This document shows, in pieces, positions 26,088 to 26,089 of a DNA stretch of 26,089 nt. The position numbers and the translations under genes are program-made. Origin of the DNA: Chloroflexota bacterium (GTDB lineage: Bacteria; Chloroflexota; Dehalococcoidia; Plut-88900); NCBI GenBank assembly GCA_022566235.1, contig JADFJI010000001.1, positions 1 through 26,089 of the forward strand. The letters run 5' to 3'. Each line of letters opens with the position of its first letter. Position 1 is the stretch's first letter. The notes under the pieces were generated by a model. The model searched no databases. It worked only from the letters and a program-made list of their open reading frames with translations, and was not told the origin of the DNA.

Positions 26088-26089
26088 GG

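Overview
A mostly GC-rich metabolic region. The gene content suggests a Chloroflexota (Dehalococcoidia/SAR202-like) genome; this is inferred from gene content, not from a search. Left to right it holds: a 5'-truncated GmrSD-type (DUF1524/HNH) nuclease fragment; two tandem GrdE-like reductase component B proteins; ada; a VOC protein; an unknown membrane protein; a cyclic amidohydrolase; two pairs of class III CoA-transferases; an LLM oxidoreductase; an orphan dnaJ among four tiny ORFs; an MBL-rhodanese fusion; a RidA protein; a low-GC hicB-hicA module; cofG-cofH (FO/F420 synthesis); and an oppA-oppB-type ABC transporter. No rRNA, tRNA, CRISPR array or transposase is visible. Five observations stand out. 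(1) An identical 17-bp hairpin, GTCCCGATACTCGGGAC, occurs twice, each time nested inside another repeat and flanked by a different 2-bp direct repeat, like an ultra-small insertion element. (2) Both GrdE-like paralogs lack the pyruvoyl-forming Cys and have no selenoprotein partner nearby. (3) Each CoA-transferase pair couples an Asp-less subunit with an Asp-bearing one. (4) The HicB carries an extra N-terminal domain. (5) The OppA contains a second copy of its own C-terminal helical hairpin. The last ~650 bp is a mosaic of oppB, membrane-protein, dnaA and pcrA/uvrD fragments and is most likely an assembly chimera.
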